DNA of 51,398 nt from Patescibacteria group bacterium (GTDB lineage: Bacteria > Patescibacteriota > Minisyncoccia > Minisyncoccales > GWA2-38-27). The stretch covers positions 1 to 51,398 of the forward strand of contig JAHJSY010000002.1 of the NCBI GenBank assembly GCA_018830125.1, written 5' to 3'. The stretch's first letter is position 1, and each line of letters starts with the position of its first letter. Both the position numbers and the translations under genes were made by a program. Of the stretch, positions 9,590 to 20,382 are shown one piece after another. The notes beneath the pieces were generated by a model. The model made no database searches. It was not told the DNA's origin and was given only the letters and a program-made list of their open reading frames with translations.

Positions 9590-10597
9590 ATGAAATTAGC
9601 TTTATTTTTTACAAGGGGAGCTTCTTTAAAGCTATGGAAAGAAACCGGTAATTTAGATAGAGAGATTAAGCCTTATAAAAGATTATTGGATCGTTTTGAA
9701 AAAATATACTTTCTAACTTACGGGAAGAATGAATCGAGCTTGGGGAATATAAAAGTTTTACCTGTTTCTCCTTTTAGAAAAGAATTAAAAGACGTAGATA
9801 TCTTCAAGACCAATCAAATGAGTGGTTCTTGGAATGCCGTAATAGCTAAGAAGATATTTAAAAAGAAATTAGTTATTCGTCAAGGACGTCAGTGGTCAAT
9901 ATTTGCCAAAGAAGAAGAAAAGACCTGGAAGAGACCAATCATTTATTTAATAGAAAAGTTTGCTTATAAAAATGCTGACGCAGTTATGATCTCCTCTAAA
10001 GCGGACATTGATTACATAATTAAAAAATATAAAACTAATCCGGCGCTATTGCACTATGTTCCGAATTATATTGATACAGACTTGTTTAAACCAATGAAGA
10101 TAGAAAAAGAGAATAGGATTATAACAGTAGCTAAATTAGAAAACCAAAAAAACCTTCAAAATTTAATAGAAGCAGTTAGGGGGTTAGATATTAAATTGAT
10201 CATATTTGGCAGTGGTTCTTTGCACAAAGAATTGAAGATTTTAGCCCCTGTGAACGTTGAAATTAGAAATAATATTTCCAATAATGATCTGCCAGAAGAA
10301 ATAAATAAAAGTAAACTTTTTATTCTTCCTTCATTTTATGAGGGATGCCCTAAGGCCTTATTGGAAGCAATGGCTTGTGGGGTGCCAGTTATTGCGACTA
10401 ATGTTACCGGAATTAAAGAAATAATCAAAGATAATCAAAACGGGTATTTGTGTGGAACATCTATAGAATCAATTAAAGAAAAAATTAAAGAAGTTTTAGC
10501 CAACGAAAGTCCAGTTAATGGCAGAAAAACGATTATAGAGAATTTTGGTTTAGAAAAGTCATTAGAAAGAGAAATAGAAATTTATAACCAGATATGA
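9590..10597 (+). CDS. Glycosyltransferase family 4
   Basis: PNYID, LPSFYEGCPKALLEAMACG (EX7E). Confidence 0.9.
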   Translation: MKLALFFTRGASLKLWKETGNLDREIKPYKRLLDRFEKIYFLTYGKNESSLGNIKVLPVSPFRKELKDVDIFKTNQMSGSWNAVIAKKIFKKKLVIRQGRQWSIFAKEEEKTWKRPIIYLIEKFAYKNADAVMISSKADIDYIIKKYKTNPALLHYVPNYIDTDLFKPMKIEKENRIITVAKLENQKNLQNLIEAVRGLDIKLIIFGSGSLHKELKILAPVNVEIRNNISNNDLPEEINKSKLFILPSFYEGCPKALLEAMACGVPVIATNVTGIKEIIKDNQNGYLCGTSIESIKEKIKEVLANESPVNGRKTIIENFGLEKSLEREIEIYNQI

Positions 10598-12399
10598 AAA
10601 TTCAAAATAGATTAGATTTTTTAATAAAAATGAAAAATCTTTTAAACCGCAAGGAAAAGATAGAGTTTTTGGGTGTGATGGTTATGGGGCTGGTTTCAGC
10701 TTTCTTTCAAACGCTAAGCGTGATTTCACTTATTCCTTTTATTAATTTAGTAATGAATCCAGATGCACTTGAGCAGAGTAGGTTTCTAATGATTCCATAT
10801 AATCTATTAGGATTTAATAATGTTTATTCATTTACAATATTTTTAGGATTTTCGGTACTTGGAATTATTGTTATAAGTAATTTTATTCTCGCTTTTTCGC
10901 TTTGGCTAAAAATTCGTTTTGTTTGTAGAAAAAATCATAATCTTTCCCTAGTTTTATTAAAGAAATATCTTTCTTTGCCATATGTTTATTTTCTTGATAA
11001 GCATAGTGCGGACTTAAGTAAAAATATTCTTACCGAGGTAGAACAAATTACTGTTAGTATGTTTATGCCGTTATTGTCGCTAATAACAAGCGGGATGATG
11101 ACAATTGTTATTTTTGTCACGCTTATTATCGTCAATCCAGTAGTAGCGCTTACGGCAATTATTCTATTTACTCTTTTTTATGGAATAACCTTTTTTTATT
11201 TAAGGAATAGCTTAAAAGAAAAAAGTGAAAAGCGTTTAAAAGAAAATAGAGGACGTTTTACTTCAGTTGGAGAAGCAGTTGGGGGAATTAAAGATATTAA
11301 AGCACTAGGGAGGGAAAAATATTTTCTTGAACGATTTTCTGAACACTCTATATCTTTTTCTCGATTGCAGGCCTGGAGTAGTGTTGTCAGCAATGTTCCT
11401 CGGTATGTTATAGAAATAATAGCTTTTGGTGGCATCATCATCCTTATTTTAGCTCTTATGGCACGAGGAGAGAGTGGAAGGCAAATTATTCCCATGGTTA
11501 GTTTTTTTGTGTTTGCTGGGTATCGTTTAATGCCAGCCCTTCAGGATATATTTCGTTCGTTTACCTGTTTCCAGTTTAATAAAGTGGTTTTAGACAAAAT
11601 ATATAAAGATGTTAACGAAAAAGGAAGTCAGTACTTTCCTAGAGAAATTGAACTTCCTGAACGATTTTCATTCCAAAATAATATTGCTTTCAACAATGTA
11701 TCTTTTCTTTATCCGAACAAAAAAGAGTATGTTCTTAAAGACATTAATTTTCAAGTGAAAAAAGGAACCTCTATTGGAATTATTGGATCAACTGGAGGAG
11801 GAAAAACGACATTGGTAGATATTGCTTTGTGTCTTTTAACTCCGAATAAGGGTTCAATAGAAGTAGATGGAGTTGAAATAAAAGAAGAGAATATCAGAAA
11901 TTGGCAAAGGAATATAGGATATGTTCCCCAGCAAATATATATGTCTGATGATACTATTACTCGTAATATTGCCTTTGGGATTCCGGAAGAAAATATTGAC
12001 ATAGAACAAGTAAAACAAGTTGCTAAAATTGCCAACATAGATACTTTTATTGAAAAAGAATTACCTCAAGGTTATGATGCTTTTGTTGGAGAGCGAGGAG
12101 TGCGATTGAGTGGAGGGCAGAAACAACGCATTGGTATTGCTCGGGCACTTTATCATGATCCAGAAGTATTAATTTTAGACGAAGCGACTAGTTCTCTTGA
12201 CGGAATAACTGAAAAAGCGGTGCTTAAGGCAATGGATAATGTTGCCAAATTGAAGACCGTTATTATTGTGGCTCATCGACTCAAGACCGTAGAGCATTGC
12301 GACATGTTATATCTTTTAGATAAGGGAGAAATCATTGCTCAAGGAAATTATCAAGAATTATTAAAAAATAGTAACCAATTTCAGAAAATGATAATATGA
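10594..12399 (+). CDS. PglK/MsbA-like ABC flippase (fused TM + ATPase)
   Basis: TM domain, GSTGGGKTT Walker A, LSGGQKQRIGIARA signature, ILDEATS, AHRL. Confidence 0.88.
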   Translation: MKIQNRLDFLIKMKNLLNRKEKIEFLGVMVMGLVSAFFQTLSVISLIPFINLVMNPDALEQSRFLMIPYNLLGFNNVYSFTIFLGFSVLGIIVISNFILAFSLWLKIRFVCRKNHNLSLVLLKKYLSLPYVYFLDKHSADLSKNILTEVEQITVSMFMPLLSLITSGMMTIVIFVTLIIVNPVVALTAIILFTLFYGITFFYLRNSLKEKSEKRLKENRGRFTSVGEAVGGIKDIKALGREKYFLERFSEHSISFSRLQAWSSVVSNVPRYVIEIIAFGGIIILILALMARGESGRQIIPMVSFFVFAGYRLMPALQDIFRSFTCFQFNKVVLDKIYKDVNEKGSQYFPREIELPERFSFQNNIAFNNVSFLYPNKKEYVLKDINFQVKKGTSIGIIGSTGGGKTTLVDIALCLLTPNKGSIEVDGVEIKEENIRNWQRNIGYVPQQIYMSDDTITRNIAFGIPEENIDIEQVKQVAKIANIDTFIEKELPQGYDAFVGERGVRLSGGQKQRIGIARALYHDPEVLILDEATSSLDGITEKAVLKAMDNVAKLKTVIIVAHRLKTVEHCDMLYLLDKGEIIAQGNYQELLKNSNQFQKMII

Positions 12400-12815
12400 T
12401 TATTAAAGTTATTAAACACAAAGAATTAACAGAAGACAACAAAAAAGAGATAGTGGGTCTTATGAATGTTTTGAGTAGCAATTGTTCTGTTGATATTGAA
12501 CGGGCGATGGAGAGGGATAATAATACATGTATTATTGCTTGCGAGAATAACAAGATAGTAGGAGTGGTAATGCTTATTGAAGTGAATGCCTTTACAGCGA
12601 AAATTGGACTCATTGATGAAGTTGTTGTTAATCAAAATTACAGAAAGCAAGGAATTGCTTTTAAAATGATAGAGGAAGCTATTAGGATTGCCAAAGAAAG
12701 GAAAATAGATTTATTAAAAGTTGATACGAGAATTGATAACCCATCCAATAGTCTTTATAAAAAAGTCGGATTTATTAAAAGAGAAGACAATCTTTACAAA
12801 TTATTCTTAAAATAA
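12396..12815 (+). CDS. GNAT family N-acetyltransferase
   Basis: [13 protein letters not shown] (motif A), LYKKVGF. Confidence 0.85.
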   Translation: MIIKVIKHKELTEDNKKEIVGLMNVLSSNCSVDIERAMERDNNTCIIACENNKIVGVVMLIEVNAFTAKIGLIDEVVVNQNYRKQGIAFKMIEEAIRIAKERKIDLLKVDTRIDNPSNSLYKKVGFIKREDNLYKLFLK

Positions 12816-12817
12816 AT

Positions 12818-14977
12818 ATGGAAATTAAAAAAGCACTTATTACTGGAATCACAGGACAAGATGGATCTTATTTAACAGAACTTTTGTTAGAAAAGGGTTA
12901 CGAAGTTCACGGTATGGTTAGAAGAGGAAGTACTATTAACACGGTGAGAATAGATAAGCCCCTAGCGGAAGGGAAAATTCTTCTTCATTATGGGGACTTA
13001 ACTGACGTTAATTCTATTGTTTCAATATTAACAAAAGTAAAACCAGATGAAATATATAACTTAGGAGCAATGTCTCATGTTAAAGTTTCTTTTGATGTGC
13101 CTGAATATACTGGTCAAACCACTGGTTTGGGTTCAGTTAGGATATTAGAGGCCCTGAGAAGCCTAGGAATGACTCACGTTAAATATTATCAGGCCTCTAG
13201 TAGTGAGATGTTTGGTATAAGTCCACCACCTCAAAATGAAGAGACAATATTTAGACCTCAGTCGCCTTATGGTTGCGCCAAGCTTTATTCTTATTGGATA
13301 ACTAAAACCTATAGAAAGGCCTACGGAATGTTTGCCTGTAATGGAATACTTTTTAATCACGAAACGATAGCTTCGTTTATGCCGATGTTTTGTAAGAATA
13401 ATGACGAAGAGGAATTTGATATAAAGCCGATAAGAGAAATTGTAAGTTTTGATGAGACCAAAAAATGTTATCAATCAAAAAAGGTAGAAGGATTACAAGT
13501 GTGGGGTAAAGAAGGTTGGGTTGATGTAAGATTCGCCTCTGCTTATCCTCATAACATAAAAAAAGATAATAAGCACCCAAGATTTATAAACTCCAGATCT
13601 GGGGCTTTTATGGCTACTGGAAGTCATGTCGGCTTCTTAAAAGATAATTCTGAAAAAGAAGTTCGAGATATGGAAGTAGGAGACCAGTTGGAAGTTGTGA
13701 GACTTCCAGAACCATCAAATAAGGCAAATTATTTAGTATCAAAAGAGGAAGCGGAACTAATTGGAGTGATAGTTGGAGATGGTTCTATAACTTACGCTAA
13801 AAAGGGCAGTGGTCTTCACGGAAAATTTACTAATTCTTCAGAAACTGTCAGAGAATATTTTAGTCATTTATGGTCAGACGTAACAGGAGGTTCAACATCT
13901 TACTATCCATCAAAGTCTGGATTTAATCCTAAAAAAATAGTGGGGCAATTAAGATTAATAGGTGGAAATGATTGGCTTAGAAAAATAGATATATATAATA
14001 ATGACAAGACAAAAAGAATTCCTAAAATTATTCTTAATTCTTCCCCTGAAATTATGACTTCTTTCCTTGAAGGATATAATGTAGCTGATGGGTTAAAGAA
14101 AAATCCTTGTATTTACGAGTTTAAAAACTTTAAAACCAATTCAGCTACTCTGGCTATGGGATTGTGGTATCTTATAGATAAAACCACTGGACAAGATGTC
14201 AATCTTACATTGGAAGAAAAAGATGACGGAAGGATTTTTTATTCGTTAAATATGCTTACAACAACAGATAGCTTATTAAAAGAAACGAAGGTAAAAGATT
14301 TAATGAAAACCAATCTTTCTCAAAGAGGAATTTGTAGAAAAACTAAAATTTCAAGAACCTTTATAAGAAAAATACAGCTCGGTGGTTCTTGTTGTTTGGT
14401 TCATCACTTAAGAAAAGACCCTTTGGAGGTTAAAAAAATAATAGATATGCCAGAACATAAGGGTTGGTTTTACGATTTAGAAACATCATCAGGAGAATTT
14501 CATTGTGGAATAGGGAAGTGTCATGTTCATAATAGTCCTCGTCGGGGAGAGACATTTGTAACTAAAAAAATAGTAAGATCAGCCGTTAGAATTAAATTAG
14601 GACTTCAGAATAAAATTTGCCTTGGGAACTTAAAGGCCAAAAGAGACTGGGGGTTTGCCGGTGATTATATGGAAGCGATTTATAAGATAATGCATCATGA
14701 TAAGCCCGATGATTTTATTGTAGCTACCAAAGAACATCACACCATAGAAGAATTTGCCCAAAAAGTGTTTAAAAAATTAGGATTAAAATTTGAGGATTAT
14801 TTAGAAGTTAGTGATCAATATTTTAGACCCAACGAAGTACCTGATCTTATGGGAGATGCTACTAAAATTAAAACAGTTTTGGGCTGGGAACCCAAAGTTA
14901 AATTTGACGAATTAATAGACATGATGATTCAAGAAACTTTAAAGGAAGAAAATGCTAAACTTAAAGGAAATTCATAA
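12818..14977 (+). CDS. gmd: GDP-mannose 4,6-dehydratase containing an intein
   Basis: [29 protein letters not shown], and [18 protein letters not shown] split by a 390-aa insert; exteins total 329 aa. Confidence 0.95.
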   Translation: MEIKKALITGITGQDGSYLTELLLEKGYEVHGMVRRGSTINTVRIDKPLAEGKILLHYGDLTDVNSIVSILTKVKPDEIYNLGAMSHVKVSFDVPEYTGQTTGLGSVRILEALRSLGMTHVKYYQASSSEMFGISPPPQNEETIFRPQSPYGCAKLYSYWITKTYRKAYGMFACNGILFNHETIASFMPMFCKNNDEEEFDIKPIREIVSFDETKKCYQSKKVEGLQVWGKEGWVDVRFASAYPHNIKKDNKHPRFINSRSGAFMATGSHVGFLKDNSEKEVRDMEVGDQLEVVRLPEPSNKANYLVSKEEAELIGVIVGDGSITYAKKGSGLHGKFTNSSETVREYFSHLWSDVTGGSTSYYPSKSGFNPKKIVGQLRLIGGNDWLRKIDIYNNDKTKRIPKIILNSSPEIMTSFLEGYNVADGLKKNPCIYEFKNFKTNSATLAMGLWYLIDKTTGQDVNLTLEEKDDGRIFYSLNMLTTTDSLLKETKVKDLMKTNLSQRGICRKTKISRTFIRKIQLGGSCCLVHHLRKDPLEVKKIIDMPEHKGWFYDLETSSGEFHCGIGKCHVHNSPRRGETFVTKKIVRSAVRIKLGLQNKICLGNLKAKRDWGFAGDYMEAIYKIMHHDKPDDFIVATKEHHTIEEFAQKVFKKLGLKFEDYLEVSDQYFRPNEVPDLMGDATKIKTVLGWEPKVKFDELIDMMIQETLKEENAKLKGNS
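13364..14533 (+). mobile_element. Intein with LAGLIDADG homing endonuclease; Thr1...His-Asn/Ser+1
   Basis: In-frame insert in the conserved HE/SPRRG motif; block B ATGSH, block [11 protein letters not shown], block [11 protein letters not shown], block F WFYDLET, block G HVHN followed by Ser. Confidence 0.93.
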
Positions 14978-15320
14978 AGACAATAGGGGAGAAATCCATC
15001 TCTTAAAAGGAGATCTTCAAGATCACGAAGAAATAACTCTTTTTTTAACAAAGAAGGGTTTTGCTCGGGGTGGTTGTATTCATAGAACCAATGGTGAATT
15101 TAATATGGTAATAGAAGGGAAAATTCATTATTTTATTGACGAGAAAGAAGTTTTAATGAAAAAAGGTGATTCGGTTGAAATACCTTCTAACAGTCCTCAT
15201 TATTTCATCTCCCTAACAGATTCTTTAGTAATGGAGTGGGGATGTGTTTCTGAAGAAAAGATTGAAAAGTATAAGCCGTTTAGAGATATAGTAGATGAGA
15301 TAAATAAAAATCATGATTAA
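14952..15320 (+). CDS. Cupin-domain protein
   Basis: [23 protein letters not shown] cupin motifs. Confidence 0.75.
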   Translation: MLNLKEIHKDNRGEIHLLKGDLQDHEEITLFLTKKGFARGGCIHRTNGEFNMVIEGKIHYFIDEKEVLMKKGDSVEIPSNSPHYFISLTDSLVMEWGCVSEEKIEKYKPFRDIVDEINKNHD

Positions 15321-16404
15321 TCAAATGGAGCCTTGGTTGGGCGAAGAAGAACAATTAGCAATGAACGAATATCTTAAATCAGGTGGCTGGCTTACTGAAT
15401 TTAAAAAAACCAAAGAGTTTGAAAAAACAATTGCTGATTATGTTGGTTGCAAGTATGTTTCTATCGTACCCAATGGAACTGTCGCCTTAGCCCTTTCTTT
15501 AATGGCTAAAGGAATAGGTAGGGGAGACGAAGTTATTGTTCCTGATTATACTATGATTGCGTCAGCTAACGCGGTTATTCTAGCGGGGGCTAAACCTATT
15601 CTAGTTGATATTGATTCCAAAAACCTATGTCTTGATTATGAATTAACTAAGGAGGCAATTAACAACAAAACTAAAGCGATAATGTTAGTTACCATTAATG
15701 GACGATATCCTGAAATAAAAAAGTTTGTTAATTTATCAAAAAACAATAATTTATTTCTTTTGGAAGATACAGCTCAATCACTTGGTTCTCGCTACAACGG
15801 AAAACACTTAGGAACATTTGGAGATGCAGGAATACTTTCGTTTAGCGTTCCCAAAATTATAACTACAGGTCAAGGCGGAGCAATAATAACTGATAACGAA
15901 GATCTTTATAAAAAAATATTGAAGATAAAAGATTTTGGCAGACAACAATCAGGGGTTGATCGTCACGAAACTGTTGGTTACAACTTTAAATTTACCGATC
16001 TTCAAGCAGTCATTGGAATAGAGCAAATGAAAAAATTGGAATGGAGGGTTAATAGAAAAAAAGAAATGCATCAACTTTATAAAAAGCTATTAAGTAATGT
16101 AAATGGGATTGAATTTATTGATACTAATATAGAAAATACTTCGCCTTGGTTTATCGATATTCTTGTAAATGAAAATAAAAGAAGCTCTCTCATTGATTTC
16201 TTAAAAGAAAAAGAAATAGGCACTCGTCCGTTTTATCCGGCAATTCATACTCAAGAACCATATAGTTATATAGCAAAAAGCTTCAAAATATCCGAAGAGA
16301 TATCAAAAAGGGGATTGTGGTTACCTTCTTCATCTTTTCTGAAAGATGAAGATATTATTAAGATATGCGATAATATTAAAGATTTCTATGAACATAGTAA
16401 TTAA
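15313..16404 (+). CDS. DegT/DnrJ PLP aminotransferase (GDP-perosamine synthase-like)
   Basis: NGTVAL, GDEVIVP, EDTAQSLG, SFSVPKIITTGQGG; next to gmd. Confidence 0.85.
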   Translation: MINQMEPWLGEEEQLAMNEYLKSGGWLTEFKKTKEFEKTIADYVGCKYVSIVPNGTVALALSLMAKGIGRGDEVIVPDYTMIASANAVILAGAKPILVDIDSKNLCLDYELTKEAINNKTKAIMLVTINGRYPEIKKFVNLSKNNNLFLLEDTAQSLGSRYNGKHLGTFGDAGILSFSVPKIITTGQGGAIITDNEDLYKKILKIKDFGRQQSGVDRHETVGYNFKFTDLQAVIGIEQMKKLEWRVNRKKEMHQLYKKLLSNVNGIEFIDTNIENTSPWFIDILVNENKRSSLIDFLKEKEIGTRPFYPAIHTQEPYSYIAKSFKISEEISKRGLWLPSSSFLKDEDIIKICDNIKDFYEHSN

Positions 16405-17389
16405 TACAAACTATAAAGAAAGTACTACTAAGACATGCCTTTATCAATTGGGTAAAAAGTTCAGTCAAGCTGGACACAGTGTTGTTTATGGTGATTGGGA
16501 AAACTATCAAAATTATGATGTAATTCTTTTCATGTCTTATGACCCAGAAATTGAAAAAGCGAAAAAAGATAATCCCAAAGCCATGGTCGGAGTTCTAAGT
16601 AGCAAACTAGTATCCGAAAGACATATAAAACAGGCTAGAACGGCTGATTTCTTGATTGTTGATTCTATAGAAGTTCGTGATCTTGCCTGGCGTTATAATA
16701 AAAATGTTTTTATTTATTTTATGTTTCCTGAAATTGATTTTTTACCCAAGCAACATTTTAAAAAAGAAAAAATTATTATTGGTTATCATGGGAATAAGGT
16801 TCATTTAAGTAATGCTAATAGTTTTAAAAAAGCGTTAGATAAATTGTCCGAAAAATACAATATTGAATTTTGGGCAATTTATAATATTGATAAACTGGGC
16901 AAGTGGAAATTTAATTTGCCGGAAAAATGTCCCGTTAAACATATCCAGTGGTCAGAGAGTTGTTATCATGAATATTTAAGCAAAGTTGATATCGGAGTTT
17001 GTCCTGGCAAAACCTATATAAATGAATTTACGTCAAAATTATTAGCTAGATCACTGATCAATTTTTTAACAAATTCTATTCGTTATAGTAAAACAGATTA
17101 TATAATTCGGTTCAAGTATGCTATTAATCCAGGGAGAATATATCCCTTTAGTCAATTAAATATTCCAGTTGTTGCGGATTTTATGCCCTCATATGGCCAG
17201 ATTATTCAAGACGGGAAATCAGGATTTTTAGCTTATTCAAAAGAGGGTTGGTATTATGCCCTAGAGCAACTTATTCTCAGTTCAGAATTAAGGCAAAAAA
17301 TGAGCGATAACCTAAGAGAATATATAGACAATAATTGTTCACCCGATATAAATTTTAAAAAATTTGTGAAGTTTGTTAATTCTTTATGA
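16388..17389 (+). CDS. Putative glycosyltransferase (GT-B-like)
   Basis: IIIGYHG, IPVVAD, IQDGKSGFLA..W..ALEQLI C-terminal GT-B pattern. Confidence 0.6.
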   Translation: MNIVINTNYKESTTKTCLYQLGKKFSQAGHSVVYGDWENYQNYDVILFMSYDPEIEKAKKDNPKAMVGVLSSKLVSERHIKQARTADFLIVDSIEVRDLAWRYNKNVFIYFMFPEIDFLPKQHFKKEKIIIGYHGNKVHLSNANSFKKALDKLSEKYNIEFWAIYNIDKLGKWKFNLPEKCPVKHIQWSESCYHEYLSKVDIGVCPGKTYINEFTSKLLARSLINFLTNSIRYSKTDYIIRFKYAINPGRIYPFSQLNIPVVADFMPSYGQIIQDGKSGFLAYSKEGWYYALEQLILSSELRQKMSDNLREYIDNNCSPDINFKKFVKFVNSL

Positions 17390-18003
17390 AAAAAGATGAT
17401 ATTTATAAAAATCGTGAAGAGAGAGCAGAATACATTATTTCAAAATATAAGGACTTTTTAAAAGGCAGTGTTTTAGATGTTGGATGTGATCAAAGGTTTT
17501 TAAAAAGATATTTAAATGATGGTGTGAAATATGTTGGAATAGATGTCGCTGGAGATCCTGATATATTTGTTAATCTAGATAAAGAAAAAATTCCTTTTCC
17601 AGATAACTTTTTTGACTGCGTTGTCTGCGCTGATGTTTTAGAACACTTAGATAACATTCATTCTGTTTTTGATGAGCTTATGAGGGTAAGTAAGAAGTAT
17701 ATTATTATTTCTTTGCCTAATTGTTATAATTTGAACTTTAAGGAAATAATTAGCTGTAAGGGTGGATTAAAGTTTTATGGGTTGCCAGTGAATCCTCCGA
17801 AAGATAGACATAGATGGTTTTTTAATTATACGGAAGGCAAGAGATTCATTGAAGAAAGGGCTAAAATCAAGGGAGCCAATTTTATTCAGACAGATCCCTT
17901 AATTAGAAAAAAGGTTTTAAGAAATTTTATTTTAAAAATATTATACAAAAAAAGATATAATGATATAATCGCTTCTTACTCTTGGACATTAATTAAAAAA
18001 TAA
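17386..18003 (+). CDS. Class I SAM-dependent methyltransferase
   Basis: VLDVGC, FDCVVCADVLEHL, ISLPN. Confidence 0.85.
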   Translation: MKKDDIYKNREERAEYIISKYKDFLKGSVLDVGCDQRFLKRYLNDGVKYVGIDVAGDPDIFVNLDKEKIPFPDNFFDCVVCADVLEHLDNIHSVFDELMRVSKKYIIISLPNCYNLNFKEIISCKGGLKFYGLPVNPPKDRHRWFFNYTEGKRFIEERAKIKGANFIQTDPLIRKKVLRNFILKILYKKRYNDIIASYSWTLIKK

Positions 18004-18005
18004 AA

Positions 18006-18632
18006 GTGATACATAAAATTATAGTTAAAATTATATTAAGGCTACACACTTTTCTTTACGGATGGGCTGGATTTTTTTCGGTAAAAGCGGAAGGCGGAAT
18101 ACATCCTAAACATAGATTAACAAATTATCATAAGTTTTTTGTGGATAACATTAAATCTAATGACAGTGTTCTAGACATTGGTTGCGGAAAAGGGGAATTA
18201 ACCTTTGATTTAGCCCAAAAAGCCAAAAATGTAGTGGGAATCGACTTTAACGAAAAAAGCATCGATTTGGCTAAGAATAAGTTTTCGGCTTTTAATATAA
18301 AATATATTCTTGGAAATGTTACAGAAGACCTACCATGTGAGAAATTTGATGTCTTAATTCTTTCAAACGTCTTAGAACATATTGAAAACAGAGTAGAATT
18401 TTTAAATAAAATTAAAAGATTAGGAGATAAGATTCTAATTAGGGTGCCGATGATTAATCGGGACTGGATAACTTTATATAAAAAAGAATTGGGTCTTGAG
18501 TGGCGTTTGGATGGTGGTCATTTTACAGAATATACCCTAGAATCATTCAAGAAAGAAATAGAGGAAGCGGGGTTGATTATCCAAGATTATAGTATCCAAT
18601 TTAGTGAAATTTGGGCAGTTATAAATTCATGA
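18006..18632 (+). CDS. Class I SAM-dependent methyltransferase
   Basis: VLDIGCGKG, FDVLILSNVLEHI; GTG start. Confidence 0.85.
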   Translation: MIHKIIVKIILRLHTFLYGWAGFFSVKAEGGIHPKHRLTNYHKFFVDNIKSNDSVLDIGCGKGELTFDLAQKAKNVVGIDFNEKSIDLAKNKFSAFNIKYILGNVTEDLPCEKFDVLILSNVLEHIENRVEFLNKIKRLGDKILIRVPMINRDWITLYKKELGLEWRLDGGHFTEYTLESFKKEIEEAGLIIQDYSIQFSEIWAVINS

Positions 18633-20299
18633 CTTTTAAAAATAAAATTAAATATAGAATTGGACTATTAAGAAATATAATAAAAGGATCTATTAATAAT
18701 AATTTTAGGATTTTCTTTTTAATTCAATTTTTTCCAGCAAGATTTTCTCTAACAAGGAGAATTAATCAAAAATACCTCAAGAAATGTGCTAAGTCGCTTA
18801 TTTGTTCAGAAAACGGAGAAGAAAAAATATTTGATTTGAAACTTTTTAAAGTCGTTGCCAAAGAAGATAATTATGGAACACTTGTGTGCGAGTTTTTAGA
18901 TTTAATTTATCCTTATTTAATAAAGAATTTTTCTATAATAAGAGAGGGGCCTTATGAGAAAGAGGAAGTAAAACTAAAACAAGGGGATGTGGTCATAGAC
19001 GCTGGGGCAAATTTAGGTATTTTTTCCCTTTTTGCCTCAAAAAAAGTAGGACCTGGGGGAAAAGTTTATGCTTTTGAGCCAATCTTAGAAAATCGTGAAT
19101 TATTAAGAAAAACAATTGAGTTAAATAAGATTAATAATATAGAAATAATTCCCTATGCTTTAGGCAAGAAAGAAGAAGATTTATTAATGAGCATAGAAAT
19201 GGATAAGCTTGGTAGTAGTAGTGGTTTTTTTCAAAAAGGTAGTGAGAGAAGTGTGAAACAAATATCTTTAGATAAATTTGTTGAGCAAAGACAAATTTCC
19301 AAAATAGATTTTATAAAAGCGGACATAGAAGGAATGGAACACGAACTTCTCATTGGTGCCGAGCAGACAATAAAAAAGTTTAAACCAAAACTATCAATCT
19401 GCACTTATCATAAGTTGGGTGATCTTGAGAATCTTTCAAAAGATATTAAAAGCATTGAACCGAGATATGTTATCAATCATACGGAGATGAAATTATATGC
19501 TCAGCTGGATGAGATGAAAATTATTGGCATTTCTTTAATTAAAAACGAAGATCTATATATAGAAAGAGTTTTAAAAAATGTTATTAATTTTTGTGATGAA
19601 ATTATCGTCTTAGATAATATGTCGGAAGACAATACGTTTAAGATAGTTAGTAATTTAAGTTTAGAATATCCTAAAATTAAATTATCTAAAATAAAAGATG
19701 CTCTTGCGTCGCATAAGTTTATTGAGAAATACGCTAACACTAATACTTGGATATTTGGGGTTGATGGTGATGAAGTTTATGACCCAGTTGGTTTAGAGCG
19801 GTTAAGAAAAGAAATTTTAGCTGGAAAATATCAAAATTATTGGTTTATTCGGGGCAATTCTTTGAACGCCGAAAATATAAATTGTGAATCAAAAATCGCC
19901 GAAGGTTATTTATCACCTCCTTCTCGATCAATGACCAAGTTGTTTAATTTTTCTATCTTGGATTCATGGAGAGAAAATTGTCAACGTCTTCATGGAACAA
20001 ATTTGATTTTTAAGAAAGGATTTGACGGAACAATAACTTATAAAATCTTTGATATGTATGATTGGGATAATTCTTATTTTAGAATGTTACATTTATGTTT
20101 TATCAATAGGACTGGTCTAGATAAGAAGTATAAAAATACAGCTCGTCTAAGCCCAGAAGAGAATTCACGCCTATTTCCTTCGTTTCGAAATTTTATTTCC
20201 AATTTATCGAAGGGCAGGTTGACCTTAGATAGTGAATATAAATTAAGAAAATATAAAAAAGGCAAATTAATAACTAAAAACATCCAGTCATTCTTATGA
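18629..20299 (+). CDS. FkbM-family methyltransferase fused to a GT2-like glycosyltransferase
   Basis: VIDAGANLG, VYAFEP, FIKADIEG, then MKIIGISLIKNED..VLDNMSED..VDGDE. Confidence 0.75.
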   Translation: MTFKNKIKYRIGLLRNIIKGSINNNFRIFFLIQFFPARFSLTRRINQKYLKKCAKSLICSENGEEKIFDLKLFKVVAKEDNYGTLVCEFLDLIYPYLIKNFSIIREGPYEKEEVKLKQGDVVIDAGANLGIFSLFASKKVGPGGKVYAFEPILENRELLRKTIELNKINNIEIIPYALGKKEEDLLMSIEMDKLGSSSGFFQKGSERSVKQISLDKFVEQRQISKIDFIKADIEGMEHELLIGAEQTIKKFKPKLSICTYHKLGDLENLSKDIKSIEPRYVINHTEMKLYAQLDEMKIIGISLIKNEDLYIERVLKNVINFCDEIIVLDNMSEDNTFKIVSNLSLEYPKIKLSKIKDALASHKFIEKYANTNTWIFGVDGDEVYDPVGLERLRKEILAGKYQNYWFIRGNSLNAENINCESKIAEGYLSPPSRSMTKLFNFSILDSWRENCQRLHGTNLIFKKGFDGTITYKIFDMYDWDNSYFRMLHLCFINRTGLDKKYKNTARLSPEENSRLFPSFRNFISNLSKGRLTLDSEYKLRKYKKGKLITKNIQSFL

Positions 20300-20300
20300 A

Positions 20301-20332
20301 TTATTGACGACAGTCGTCAATAAAGATACAAT
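20301..20332 (+). promoter_or_regulatory. Internal promoter TTGACG-N17-TACAAT overlapped by a perfect 23-bp palindrome
   Basis: ttattgacgac-a-gtcgtcaataa (20301-20323); TACAAT at 20327-20332; in the only sizeable intergenic gap of this operon. Confidence 0.6.
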
Positions 20333-20382
20333 AAAAAACAAGTCTTATTCAAATTATGTTATAAATTAATCTAAAATTAACT

